A DNA stretch of 40,711 nt from an uncultured Bacteroidales bacterium. GTDB taxonomy: Bacteria; Bacteroidota; Bacteroidia; Bacteroidales; UBA10428. The DNA lies in the NCBI GenBank assembly GCA_964633305.1, contig CAZWGG010000002.1:1-40711 (forward strand). The letters are read 5' to 3'. Every line of letters begins with the position of its first letter. Within the stretch, counting starts at the first letter, position 1. This document shows positions 7,309-15,479 of this stretch, in pieces. The notes beneath the pieces were generated by a model. The model had not been told where the DNA came from. It did not search any database and saw only the letters and a program-made list of their open reading frames with translations. Position numbers and translations under genes: made by a program.

Positions 7309-7338
7309 TTGTTATTATCTTTTACTAAATTTTTACTT

Positions 7339-7467
7339 TTATCGGCTTTGCTTAAAATCTTCATGCATTAATTGTCTTGCTTGTGTTCTTGTACCTATTT
7401 TTGGTATTTTTTTAGCACCATCATAACAATCTAAAAGATATACTAAATCAATTTTATACTTCGCCAT
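7339..7467 (-). CDS. possible 42-aa ORF overlapping the end of the HIRAN gene
   Basis: AAAGGAG, then 7 nt, then ATG 7467. Translation MAKYKIDLVYLLDCYDGAKKIPKIGTRTQARQLMHEDFKQSR. Overlaps the upstream gene by 14 nt. Confidence 0.3.
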   Translation of the reverse strand: MAKYKIDLVYLLDCYDGAKKIPKIGTRTQARQLMHEDFKQSR

Positions 7468-7720
7468 AGCTGGACTCCTTTATAATCAAACATGTATTAC
7501 CTTTCCATTCTAAAAAATATTGACTATTCATATTAATTAATTGTGTGCAATCTCTTTTAATATGACCAATTTGATTATCTTTCCAATACACACTAATAGC
7601 ATTTTTATCATATTTATTATGAGGTTCTTTTTTAAGTATTATATGGTCACCTTTTTGTATTTTGTCTTTAACCTCAGCGTATTTATGATATGGTAAACCA
7701 ACTACATAAATTTTATCCAT
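7454..7720 (-). CDS. stand-alone HIRAN-domain protein (88 aa)
   Basis: MDKIYVVGLPYHKY...KGDHIILKKEPHNKYDKNAISVYWKDNQIGHIKRD matches the HIRAN (PF08797) pattern. ATG 7720 lies 9 nt after AGGAGG. Confidence 0.75.
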   Translation of the reverse strand: MDKIYVVGLPYHKYAEVKDKIQKGDHIILKKEPHNKYDKNAISVYWKDNQIGHIKRDCTQLINMNSQYFLEWKGNTCLIIKESSYGEV

Positions 7721-7742
7721 TTTCAAAATCCTCCTAAATAAT

Positions 7743-7792
7743 AATGGTTTGTATTTGTCCAGTTTTCAGCCCTCGAACAAATACAAACCATT
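7743..7792 (-). other. 16-bp-stem hairpin between the polymerase and HIRAN genes
   Basis: aatggtttgtatttgt-N18-acaaatacaaaccatt. The loop segment tcagccc (7766-7772) is complementary to gggctga (7818-7824). Confidence 0.6.
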
Positions 7793-7876
7793 TAAATTAT
7801 TTAGTAACTTATATCAGGGGCTGAATCTAATATAAATTACTAATACAATAATTATATATTAGATACCCCTAATACG

Positions 7877-10800
7877 TCAATCTTTATATTTTTGTTTAAT
7901 AGATCTAAACTGTCTATCTTTTATTTTAAACTTTTCAATTATCTCTGGAAGTAATTCTTTATCTTTTGGCTTTTTACCATTTTCTTTGTAGAATTTTTCT
8001 ACCAATTCAATATAATAATTATAGACTTCCTGACCTTCAACTTTTGTATTTCTTTTATTACAAACATTTTCCTTTCTTAAGTCCACATTAAAGAACGGTA
8101 CTTCTCTAACCTCTCTTTTTATAGCGTGTCCTTCATTATCTACTATAGTATTTAATTCAGCAAATTTTGATCCAAAGTATTCTATAATATCCGCCATTGC
8201 TTTTCTTACTAACACATGCCTATCAATAGTTTTATTATAAGTTACTGTATTAAATTTAATAGTATACTTTTCACCATATTCTTTAAATATTTCTTTTATA
8301 AATACTTCTTCACCTAGTATTAAAATAGCTTTATAAACTACGTCACCTCTAAATATACGACCAAATGCCTGTTTTAATCTTTCTTTTGCTGCCTGTTCAA
8401 TGGATTTAATAATAATATCACCATTACAATCAATTGATAATCTACCCTTAACATTAATATCAACTACACCATTGATAATTAATAATTCAGCTTTTTTATA
8501 ATTTCGTCCCTGTGATTCTGTACCATTAATATACGCCATTGTTCCAGTTTTTACAATATAGTCGTTTATATCCTCATTATTACTTGTATCACAATTTACT
8601 GTTTTTTCGCCCTGGTTTACTACACTTTTTAATACTAAATGATCTGTTTTAATAGGGTTTTTATGATTTATTATATCTTTCATGCTCTTACTTAGTCCTA
8701 AAAAGGTTAATGTTTTAAAATCTTGACCATCTATTAAATCCATATTTTCAATTATCAAACTATCATTATTACTTTCCCTATTTAAAATTGCTACGTCTAT
8801 ATTTTTAATACTAGGGCTTGATTGATAAGCTAATTCAGTGCAAACATTCAAATCATTGTCTTGTATTTCATTAGCTGTTAAATAATACTTAGGACATTCA
8901 AAGGACCCTAAAATTGATTTAACACTAATTGATAAGTAATTAATAAATAATTCCTTTGCTTCTTGTGAAAGAATATCTTTAAATGTTGCAAACTGTTGAG
9001 CATTTAAACCTTCACCATCTGAACCTAAACCAAAATAAATTAATTCTTCAATGGTCCCAATTTCTTCACCCCAAATATTAACATCAAAATCCTCAACATA
9101 AGCAGTCGATACTTTTAAAACTTGTGTTACTACAGCGATATGTTCATTTTTATAAAGTAAATCTTTAAAATTATTTTTTAATCCATCTTCCTGTATATTA
9201 TCTTTTAATTTATATTGCTGGATTTTATCACAAATCACATAACACAATTTAGAATTTTTATGTATTTTTTTAGGTTTCCTTCTTCCACAATCATATTTTA
9301 TTGGCCCATATGGTTCACAAAATCTATGTAGATCTTTATATAAATTTTTAGTACCATCATATTTTAATTTATATTCATGTATGCCTTCATTTTCTTCTAT
9401 GTCTTGTTTTAAATTTTCTCTTGCATGTTCATAAGTTTCATTTTCAGTTATAAGTTTTTTAATACAAGGATAAAAAGCAGTTTTTGCTGGAATATATATA
9501 TTTTCCTGTGTATCTAAGTCTTTTTTATAATAGTAATAATCATTTAGTTGAATTACTATCAATCCTCTTTCTTTAAATGATTCATATTCATCAACTATTA
9601 TTTCCATTGGTTCCTTTTTCTTTGCTTCTCTAATTGCTATCATATTTTTATTATATTCTGCTTTATGTCCCACATTATAAAAATACTTATGATTTGTAAC
9701 TACTGCCTTTATATCTGGTAATTTATTAGCTGCAATTGGTGATTGACTTTTTAATTTATGAATATTTAATTGTTTAAAACCGCCAACCTCAGAATCTAAC
9801 CAATTATCAATTCTTCTAGTAGTTTTTTTAAGGCTATAACTAACAACCCATTTAAAAGTTTTTTCAAAATCGTCTATATTAGAATTTTCTTTTGTTGTAA
9901 ATATTGTAAACACTCCATTATGAAATACGTTATATGCTAATTTTGCAGCTGATTGAACTGTTTTACCTCCACCAGTACCAACAATTTTTATAGTATCTTT
10001 TATAAAGAAATTCTTTAAATATTTTATATCAACGCATTCTTGTAATTCTTGAAATAATTTTATATTTTCAAGTTCTTCCTTTGAAGGTATAATTGATTTA
10101 AATTTATTATTTAAATTTTTAAAATGATCCAAATGTTTCTGCTCATCGCTACAATAAGAAGATAGTGTATGTATATTTAATTTAAAACCTCTTTCTGTTT
10201 CGTTAATATTAACATAGGCATCTACAGTCCCATAATTATTATTATAATGTGTATTTTTAAGTATGCTACAATATGGACAACTAGTGTGTATATGTACCCC
10301 TTTGTTATCTTCTACTACCTGGAATATATCAACACCATCTTCTTTTAATAAATTTAAAGCTGCATTTATAATAATATCATTTGATTTAGCATCGATTATT
10401 GTTGATTGTTGTTCCTTTTCCTCTTTTTTTTTCAAATGGTCAGCTGCATCTTCATGCTTTACAATTAATAATTTTTCAAATAAATCTGAAAATTGACTAA
10501 TTGGTAATATTTCAGAATCATTATCAAAATAAATTCTATCCAAATTATCTAAAGACCAAACAACAGCCCTATCTAATGTTTCAATATATTTAGAATAATT
10601 TGGGTTTATATCCAGTATTTTATTGATATCATTTTTAAAAATTAATTTAAAGTTTTTAAAATCTTTTGTTTTGTTATTCCAACTTTTATAAGTTTTAATT
10701 TTAGATAGTTGGTCAACTAATTCTTGGGGATAACCATGTTTAAAACTACCTGTTTCTTTGTCAAAGATATCAACATCAATAATAATTAAATTGTCAGCTG

Positions 10801-13117
10801 CATCTATTACAATACCTTTTGATTCTACACTATCTCTAATAACTGTTTTAGTATAATTTATCAATGGGTTTATTGGGTTTCCATTATAATATGTATAACT
10901 TTTTAAATCAGCTCTAAATCCAGAATACCCAATTTGTTTAATATCACAATCTAATAGTTTTTTTATTCTATTTATATTATGTTTGAATATTTTATTATTT
11001 TCATTTGTGTCTGCAGTTAATTCATGTTCAAAATATTTAACTGTTGAGACTTTATTATTAAAATTTTCTAATCTTATTTTTACTAATTCAGCAAACTTTT
11101 TATATTCTTCAATATCTGCCTGATCTATATTATCAGTTACAAAGATATCATTATTATCTATAGATGATTTTACAGGATGCTTTAAATTATTTACTGGGTT
11201 TATTCCTTTATCTGGTGTTGTTAAATAGTATTTATTTTCACTGTTAAGATTTTTCATGCCTTTAAATAGTAATGGTTCTATAATAATTTCCTCATTGTTA
11301 AATAATTTAATAGCATTATTTAGGTTTACATCAAGATTAGAATTTTTATTAAATTTTTGTTTGATACCAAGATTAAAAGCACCGCCTTTAGTTCTTAACT
11401 CAGAATCATTTTTTAACTTAGCTATGTAATTATTAACATCATTTTGTATTGTCCACTCAACCATGTCAACATCCAGTTCAAAATAACCTTTTCCATTTGC
11501 TTCAAAGTCAGCATCTACTATTTTTTGAATTAATTCCTTATCTTCAATTTCAAAGTAAACACCATCAGTATTAATATTTGGAGCAAATAGATCTTTATTT
11601 CTAGTACAAAGATTATAAAGTAATGACTGACATTTCAATATAACAAATCTTCCTAGTGTTTTATTAGCTATTGGTATATCATACTCACTATTAATCAAAC
11701 CATATGTTGAATTTAGTATTAATTTTAAACCTTTTTGTATGTTTTTATATTCTGTTCTTTCTTCCTCAGTCAAACTCATATCTTTAGATAATTTTTTATA
11801 TTTTTGTCTTAAGTTATAAACAGCCTCATATAATTCTACATTCATGATTTTACTAAAATATTCTTTATATTCTAATATAGTACTAGGATATTGTGATTTA
11901 TAATCAAAATCATATAAATTACCACTTTTATTTTTATAATTTGATTTAGCACCATGCGCACCACCAAAACCACCTTTAACATGAACACCATTTAATTCAA
12001 ATTCTGCTGTTTCAACTCCTGTACGTTCTTTGTATATTGTTTTCAATGCATTATCATTTTTAGTACCTTTATTATTATTTACAAAGGACACAAAATCATT
12101 AAATTCTGGAATATCTGTTTGTATATAATCGGTATAATCAATTGTAAAATCTTGTTGTCCACCTTCTAACTTTAGTAATTCAACAATTAATTCTGTATGA
12201 GGTTTTTTGTTTGTAAATAATAATTTTGAATCATAACTAATATCTTTTAAGTTTTCCAATTTAATAGCTTTAATTGCATAAAATCTATCTTTTACTAAAC
12301 CTTCCATGTATTCATAATACATAAATTCAAGGCTAACAACGTCATTTTCTGAGTAACTTATAAAAGTTTCATACATATTATCATTTATAACTGCCTGTAT
12401 ATTGTCATATTTATTAAAATCAAATTTTTGACTCATACCCAAATGTAATAATTGTAATTGTTTTAATGACATTGAAGTTCCTTCACCACTTTTATTTTGT
12501 AGTGGGCTAAAACCTGCAATTGCTTGTATATCTAATATATTACCTTTGTTAATACTTTTTCCTTCTTCTTCACTCCATATTCTAGTACAGCGGTTTCTAA
12601 TACAATTTTTAAAATCATTGTAGAATGTTCTATAAGCAGGTTTTGAATATTTTTCAAATAATTCTTTTTCATCAATATATTTTCTTTGATCTTTGAAAAA
12701 ATTCTGCCAATAATCCCTGGAAAACTCTTTAAATCTAAAACCATATTTAATTATTAAATCATTCATTTTTCTAAGCTTTAAAAGTATGTTAGTTTCTTTA
12801 TTAGCTACTAAATTTAATAATACATTTATCATTGGTTTGTCATAACCATCTGAATTATAAAAATACATTATAGAATCTTTACCTAAAATAAAATCATTAT
12901 AAAATTTTACAAATAAATTACAATCTTCGTCATTCCAGCACTCAAAAATATAAACACCTGTTTCTGGATTGTATTTTATTTGTTTAGGTAATTCTTGCTT
13001 GAATTTTAAAGGTTTGCCTATCCTTTTAAAAATAAAATTCCAGTAATCTGGAAAGCACTCTGTATCACATGAAAGAATCATGTTGATATTATACAAATCT
13101 TTGAAGTTTGTATTCAT
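7877..13117 (-). CDS. 1746-aa fusion: family-B DNA polymerase (exo + pol), primase-like DxD region, zinc finger, SF2 helicase
   Basis: Exo I SCDTE (aa 16-20), Exo II NSDGYD (88-93), Exo III YSEND (255-259). Pol motif A DFDYKSQYPS (403-412), motif B KLILNSTYG (465-473), motif C NTDG (516-519). IIIDVDIFD (778-786). HIHTSCPYC (942-950). Walker A GTGGGKT (1047-1053), Walker B VDEYE (1175-1179), motif VI QAFGRIFRG (about 1583). Confidence 0.9.
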   Translation of the reverse strand: MNTNFKDLYNINMILSCDTECFPDYWNFIFKRIGKPLKFKQELPKQIKYNPETGVYIFECWNDEDCNLFVKFYNDFILGKDSIMYFYNSDGYDKPMINVLLNLVANKETNILLKLRKMNDLIIKYGFRFKEFSRDYWQNFFKDQRKYIDEKELFEKYSKPAYRTFYNDFKNCIRNRCTRIWSEEEGKSINKGNILDIQAIAGFSPLQNKSGEGTSMSLKQLQLLHLGMSQKFDFNKYDNIQAVINDNMYETFISYSENDVVSLEFMYYEYMEGLVKDRFYAIKAIKLENLKDISYDSKLLFTNKKPHTELIVELLKLEGGQQDFTIDYTDYIQTDIPEFNDFVSFVNNNKGTKNDNALKTIYKERTGVETAEFELNGVHVKGGFGGAHGAKSNYKNKSGNLYDFDYKSQYPSTILEYKEYFSKIMNVELYEAVYNLRQKYKKLSKDMSLTEEERTEYKNIQKGLKLILNSTYGLINSEYDIPIANKTLGRFVILKCQSLLYNLCTRNKDLFAPNINTDGVYFEIEDKELIQKIVDADFEANGKGYFELDVDMVEWTIQNDVNNYIAKLKNDSELRTKGGAFNLGIKQKFNKNSNLDVNLNNAIKLFNNEEIIIEPLLFKGMKNLNSENKYYLTTPDKGINPVNNLKHPVKSSIDNNDIFVTDNIDQADIEEYKKFAELVKIRLENFNNKVSTVKYFEHELTADTNENNKIFKHNINRIKKLLDCDIKQIGYSGFRADLKSYTYYNGNPINPLINYTKTVIRDSVESKGIVIDAADNLIIIDVDIFDKETGSFKHGYPQELVDQLSKIKTYKSWNNKTKDFKNFKLIFKNDINKILDINPNYSKYIETLDRAVVWSLDNLDRIYFDNDSEILPISQFSDLFEKLLIVKHEDAADHLKKKEEKEQQSTIIDAKSNDIIINAALNLLKEDGVDIFQVVEDNKGVHIHTSCPYCSILKNTHYNNNYGTVDAYVNINETERGFKLNIHTLSSYCSDEQKHLDHFKNLNNKFKSIIPSKEELENIKLFQELQECVDIKYLKNFFIKDTIKIVGTGGGKTVQSAAKLAYNVFHNGVFTIFTTKENSNIDDFEKTFKWVVSYSLKKTTRRIDNWLDSEVGGFKQLNIHKLKSQSPIAANKLPDIKAVVTNHKYFYNVGHKAEYNKNMIAIREAKKKEPMEIIVDEYESFKERGLIVIQLNDYYYYKKDLDTQENIYIPAKTAFYPCIKKLITENETYEHARENLKQDIEENEGIHEYKLKYDGTKNLYKDLHRFCEPYGPIKYDCGRRKPKKIHKNSKLCYVICDKIQQYKLKDNIQEDGLKNNFKDLLYKNEHIAVVTQVLKVSTAYVEDFDVNIWGEEIGTIEELIYFGLGSDGEGLNAQQFATFKDILSQEAKELFINYLSISVKSILGSFECPKYYLTANEIQDNDLNVCTELAYQSSPSIKNIDVAILNRESNNDSLIIENMDLIDGQDFKTLTFLGLSKSMKDIINHKNPIKTDHLVLKSVVNQGEKTVNCDTSNNEDINDYIVKTGTMAYINGTESQGRNYKKAELLIINGVVDINVKGRLSIDCNGDIIIKSIEQAAKERLKQAFGRIFRGDVVYKAILILGEEVFIKEIFKEYGEKYTIKFNTVTYNKTIDRHVLVRKAMADIIEYFGSKFAELNTIVDNEGHAIKREVREVPFFNVDLRKENVCNKRNTKVEGQEVYNYYIELVEKFYKENGKKPKDKELLPEIIEKFKIKDRQFRSIKQKYKD

Positions 13118-13162
13118 TTTTGCCTCACTCCTTAAGAAAATAAATAGGGTATATAATACCCA

Positions 13163-13191
13163 TTGACACTATTATATACATATTATATAAT
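13163..13191 (+). promoter_or_regulatory. consensus sigma-70 promoter (TTGACA-N17-TATAAT) for the plus-strand AbrB operon
   Basis: Read directly: cATTGACActattatatacatattaTATAATat. The inverted repeat gggtat-ata-ataccc (13147-13161) abuts the -35 box. Confidence 0.7.
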
Positions 13192-13199
13192 ATAGTCAA
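13171..13199 (-). promoter_or_regulatory. sigma-70 promoter (TTGACT-N17-TATAAT) for the polymerase operon, interleaved with the plus-strand promoter
   Basis: Minus strand reads ttaTTGACTatattatataatatgtaTATAATag. Its -10 box (13171-13176) lies between the -35 and -10 boxes of the opposing promoter. Confidence 0.65.
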
Positions 13200-13239
13200 T
13201 AAGAAATTTATTATATTTTGTAGAAAGAAGGTTTATATA

Positions 13240-13404
13240 ATGAAATTAGTAATAAGAAAAATTCAATCAAAAAGGACTAGTTTAATGGTTTCTTTACCTG
13301 TTGAATTACTTGAGAAATTAAATGTTTCAGGTGGTGATTATTTAGTATTTGATTATAAAAATGATTCAATAATTTTAAAAAAATTAAATCTTGAAAGGAA
13401 ATAA
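13240..13404 (+). CDS. AbrB/MazE/SpoVT-type DNA-binding protein (54 aa)
   Basis: MKLVIRKIQSKRTSLMVSLPVELLEKLNVSGGDYLVFDYKNDSIILKKLNLERK shows the looped-hinge-helix pattern (SLPVELLEKLNV..GD). RBS GAAAGAAGG. Below the ORF-track cutoff. Confidence 0.7.
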   Translation: MKLVIRKIQSKRTSLMVSLPVELLEKLNVSGGDYLVFDYKNDSIILKKLNLERK

Positions 13405-13409
13405 TAATT

Positions 13410-13946
13410 ATGATTAATAAATTTGGACCAGGTAAATTATATTTAAATTATGGAACAAAAGAAGAAAAATTAATTGGTAAAGTTAAAGGACCTGATAAAT
13501 ATTATTTTTTATTAGATTATAGAAGTGTTTTACCTAATAATGAATTATATGATAATGATCCAGAACTTACGTTAACAGATAAAGATTTTATGTTATTTAA
13601 AACAGAAACTTCATATCTTTTTGAAGTAGGATTTAAAATAATTGAATGCATAGATAATTATGGTTGGTGTATAATTGAAGATTCTATTGATACACCAGAA
13701 ATTAAAGGTATTCCGTTTTTAACATACAATCCTGATATAATGGCATGTAGTAATACTGGTTATCCTTGCGACTTGTGCGGTCCTAATTGTAATCAATGGA
13801 AAGATTGTAAACATATTATCAATACAGAATACAAAGAAAATTCAAAGTTAAAAGAGATAGCAGTTAAAAAGTTTTTTGGTAATATATTTAAAGATTTATT
13901 GATAAAAGAGGATACTTTACCATCAGACATAAAAAAGGACCATTAA
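13410..13946 (+). CDS. hypothetical 178-aa protein with a Cys cluster, partner of the AbrB-like gene
   Basis: Starts 5 nt after the AbrB-like stop. Contains C-x8-C-x2-C-x3-C-x5-C (MACSNTGYPCDLCGPNCNQWKDC). Its N-terminus GKLYLNYG resembles the tail-tube N-termini. Confidence 0.65.
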   Translation: MINKFGPGKLYLNYGTKEEKLIGKVKGPDKYYFLLDYRSVLPNNELYDNDPELTLTDKDFMLFKTETSYLFEVGFKIIECIDNYGWCIIEDSIDTPEIKGIPFLTYNPDIMACSNTGYPCDLCGPNCNQWKDCKHIINTEYKENSKLKEIAVKKFFGNIFKDLLIKEDTLPSDIKKDH

Positions 13947-13960
13947 ACTGGTCCTTTTAT
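13931..13960. terminator. bidirectional terminator between convergent genes
   Basis: aaaaggacc-attaaact-ggtcctttt. Both convergent stop codons lie inside or next to the hairpin. Confidence 0.7.
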
Positions 13961-14502
13961 AAATAATATACAATTTCAAGAATTGGTTTATTATAGCCTT
14001 CTTTTGAGCTAAATTGACACCATCTGTAATCTATTATTTCATTTCCAACAAATAACCAAATACCTTGATATGTTGCCCCGTCCGCAATTGCTTGTATTAA
14101 TGTTTTAATATCAAATGTTTTCCATTCATTAGAACCAATTAAAACTGATTCTTCATAGTAAACAGTTTCGTTAATATCTGGTTTAGTATTCCATGTAACA
14201 GTACTTTCTGACCAATTTGAAGTAATTCTTTGCATACCTATTATAGTTGTATCTTGTAAATCATCAGCATATAATTTTAAATTTGCTGTTTTTATTTTCT
14301 TACCAATTATACTTGATAAATCAAAATATAATAAAGTATATAAAGAGTCTAATTCTCCACCATTATAAACTTGTAGATTAGTAGAATTATAAACAGTATC
14401 AGGCACCCAAATATTTATAAACGCATCCTTTGTAGGATTTAAAGATAAATCTTTACTAATAAATGATTTAAAAATATCTGTACCTAATTTTAAACCTAAC
14501 AT
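13957..14502 (-). CDS. DNRLRE-like (carbohydrate-binding-type) domain protein (181 aa)
   Basis: LKLYADDL...RITSNWSESTVTWNTKPD matches the DNRLRE-domain signature. A paralogous segment occurs in the 948-aa tail protein. Confidence 0.6.
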   Translation of the reverse strand: MLGLKLGTDIFKSFISKDLSLNPTKDAFINIWVPDTVYNSTNLQVYNGGELDSLYTLLYFDLSSIIGKKIKTANLKLYADDLQDTTIIGMQRITSNWSESTVTWNTKPDINETVYYEESVLIGSNEWKTFDIKTLIQAIADGATYQGIWLFVGNEIIDYRWCQFSSKEGYNKPILEIVYYL

Positions 14503-14768
14503 TAAGATTCACCGCCTTGATATGCAAAAACTGATCCACTAGCTAATGTAATACTAGTGTATTCACCATAGAACACAAAACCAGCTGGAATTGTAATTGC
14601 AGTAACACCTGTTATATTTCCAACAGCTGTGACAACTGAATCTGTTAACGCTTGTATAGCTACAAATACATAACCTGTTTCTGGTGTATGTTCGTTTGTG
14701 TCTGATATATAAGCACCACCAAAACCACCTAATGAAGCTTGTAAACAGCCTTTTTCTGTTTTTGGCAT
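14502..14768 (-). CDS. hypothetical protein (88 aa, G/T/V-rich)
   Basis: ORF track. RBS AAAGGGGTG. TAATG overlap with the next gene. Confidence 0.6.
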   Translation of the reverse strand: MPKTEKGCLQASLGGFGGAYISDTNEHTPETGYVFVAIQALTDSVVTAVGNITGVTAITIPAGFVFYGEYTSITLASGSVFAYQGGES

Positions 14769-14780
14769 ATTATCACCCCT

Positions 14781-15479
14781 TTATTTTTTATTATACCATT
14801 TATTACGTGCTATTGTTATTATAGAACCTGTTAAAGTTAATAATAAACCTGCAGATATAAATAAAATATTGTTCGGCTCTCCTGTTTTTGGTAACTCTTC
14901 AATATCTTTTGGTTTGTTATTTGTTGGTGTTGGACTTGGTGTTATAGAATCACTTGGTGATATTGAAGTTGTAGTTGGTGTTGTACTTGGTGTTATACTT
15001 GTACTTGGTGTTATACTTGTACTTGGTGTTATACTTGTACTTGGTGTAATAGAATTACTTGGTGTTGGACTTATTATAATTTCTGTTACCAAAATTTTTA
15101 TGGTCCAGTAATACCATTCTTTACCAGGTGACCAAATATTTGGATTAGTATTTACTTTAAAAACTTTAAATTTCAATACATTTAATCCATGTGTTAATAT
15201 ACCCTCAAATTTACCCTCATAAATTAAATTATGCTTATTGTTTTCACCTGTTACTGTAATTATACTATCTAAATTTGAAGTCGTTATATGACCATTTAAA
15301 GCTATATTTTGACCACCTACTTCTACATTGTTAATCCATTTAATATAAGTTAAATCTCCAACGTTTCCTGGTGTGTATTCTTTAAAGTTAACATCGTATT
15401 CTGGATTATCTGCAAAAACCATATTACACATAATTATTAATAATATAATTATCATTATAAAACTTAATATTTTTTTCAT
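14781..15479 (-). CDS. secreted LPXTG-motif cell-wall-anchored surface protein
   Basis: Signal peptide MKKILSFIMIIILLIIMCNMVFA. (S/T)ITPST stalk repeats. LPKTG at 14880-14894, followed by a hydrophobic segment and an RNKWYNKK tail. Confidence 0.8.
   Translation of the reverse strand: MKKILSFIMIIILLIIMCNMVFADNPEYDVNFKEYTPGNVGDLTYIKWINNVEVGGQNIALNGHITTSNLDSIITVTGENNKHNLIYEGKFEGILTHGLNVLKFKVFKVNTNPNIWSPGKEWYYWTIKILVTEIIISPTPSNSITPSTSITPSTSITPSTSITPSTTPTTTSISPSDSITPSPTPTNNKPKDIEELPKTGEPNNILFISAGLLLTLTGSIITIARNKWYNKK
14983..15054 (-). repeat. 18-bp tandem repeat, about 3.6 copies, encoding (STSITP)n
   Basis: gtacttggtgttatactt occurs at 14983, 15001 and 15019, with a partial fourth copy. Confidence 0.9.

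Noticed and set aside
6997-7371. 124-aa plus-strand ORF in the large non-coding region
   Set aside because: It runs across a terminator hairpin, the 27-bp palindrome and a third hairpin. Its sequence is the F/L/I-rich low-complexity type produced by AT-rich DNA, and it is opposite to all neighbouring transcription. A weak AGGGG RBS exists, so I cannot exclude it completely. I treat the region as regulatory or origin DNA.
7877-13117. Protein-primed (terminal-protein) replication, or an intein inside the giant polymerase ORF
   Set aside because: No terminal-protein gene or inverted terminal repeats are present, and the genome closes as a circle. I saw no intein splice-junction or homing-endonuclease block motifs in the roughly 400-aa helicase insertion. 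Only a profile search could exclude that.
14983-15054. CRISPR-like or other non-coding arrays (also 30975..31580)
   Set aside because: Both repeat sets are in-frame coding tandem repeats without unique spacers ((STSITP)n and the 11-residue fibre repeat). No CRISPR array is present.
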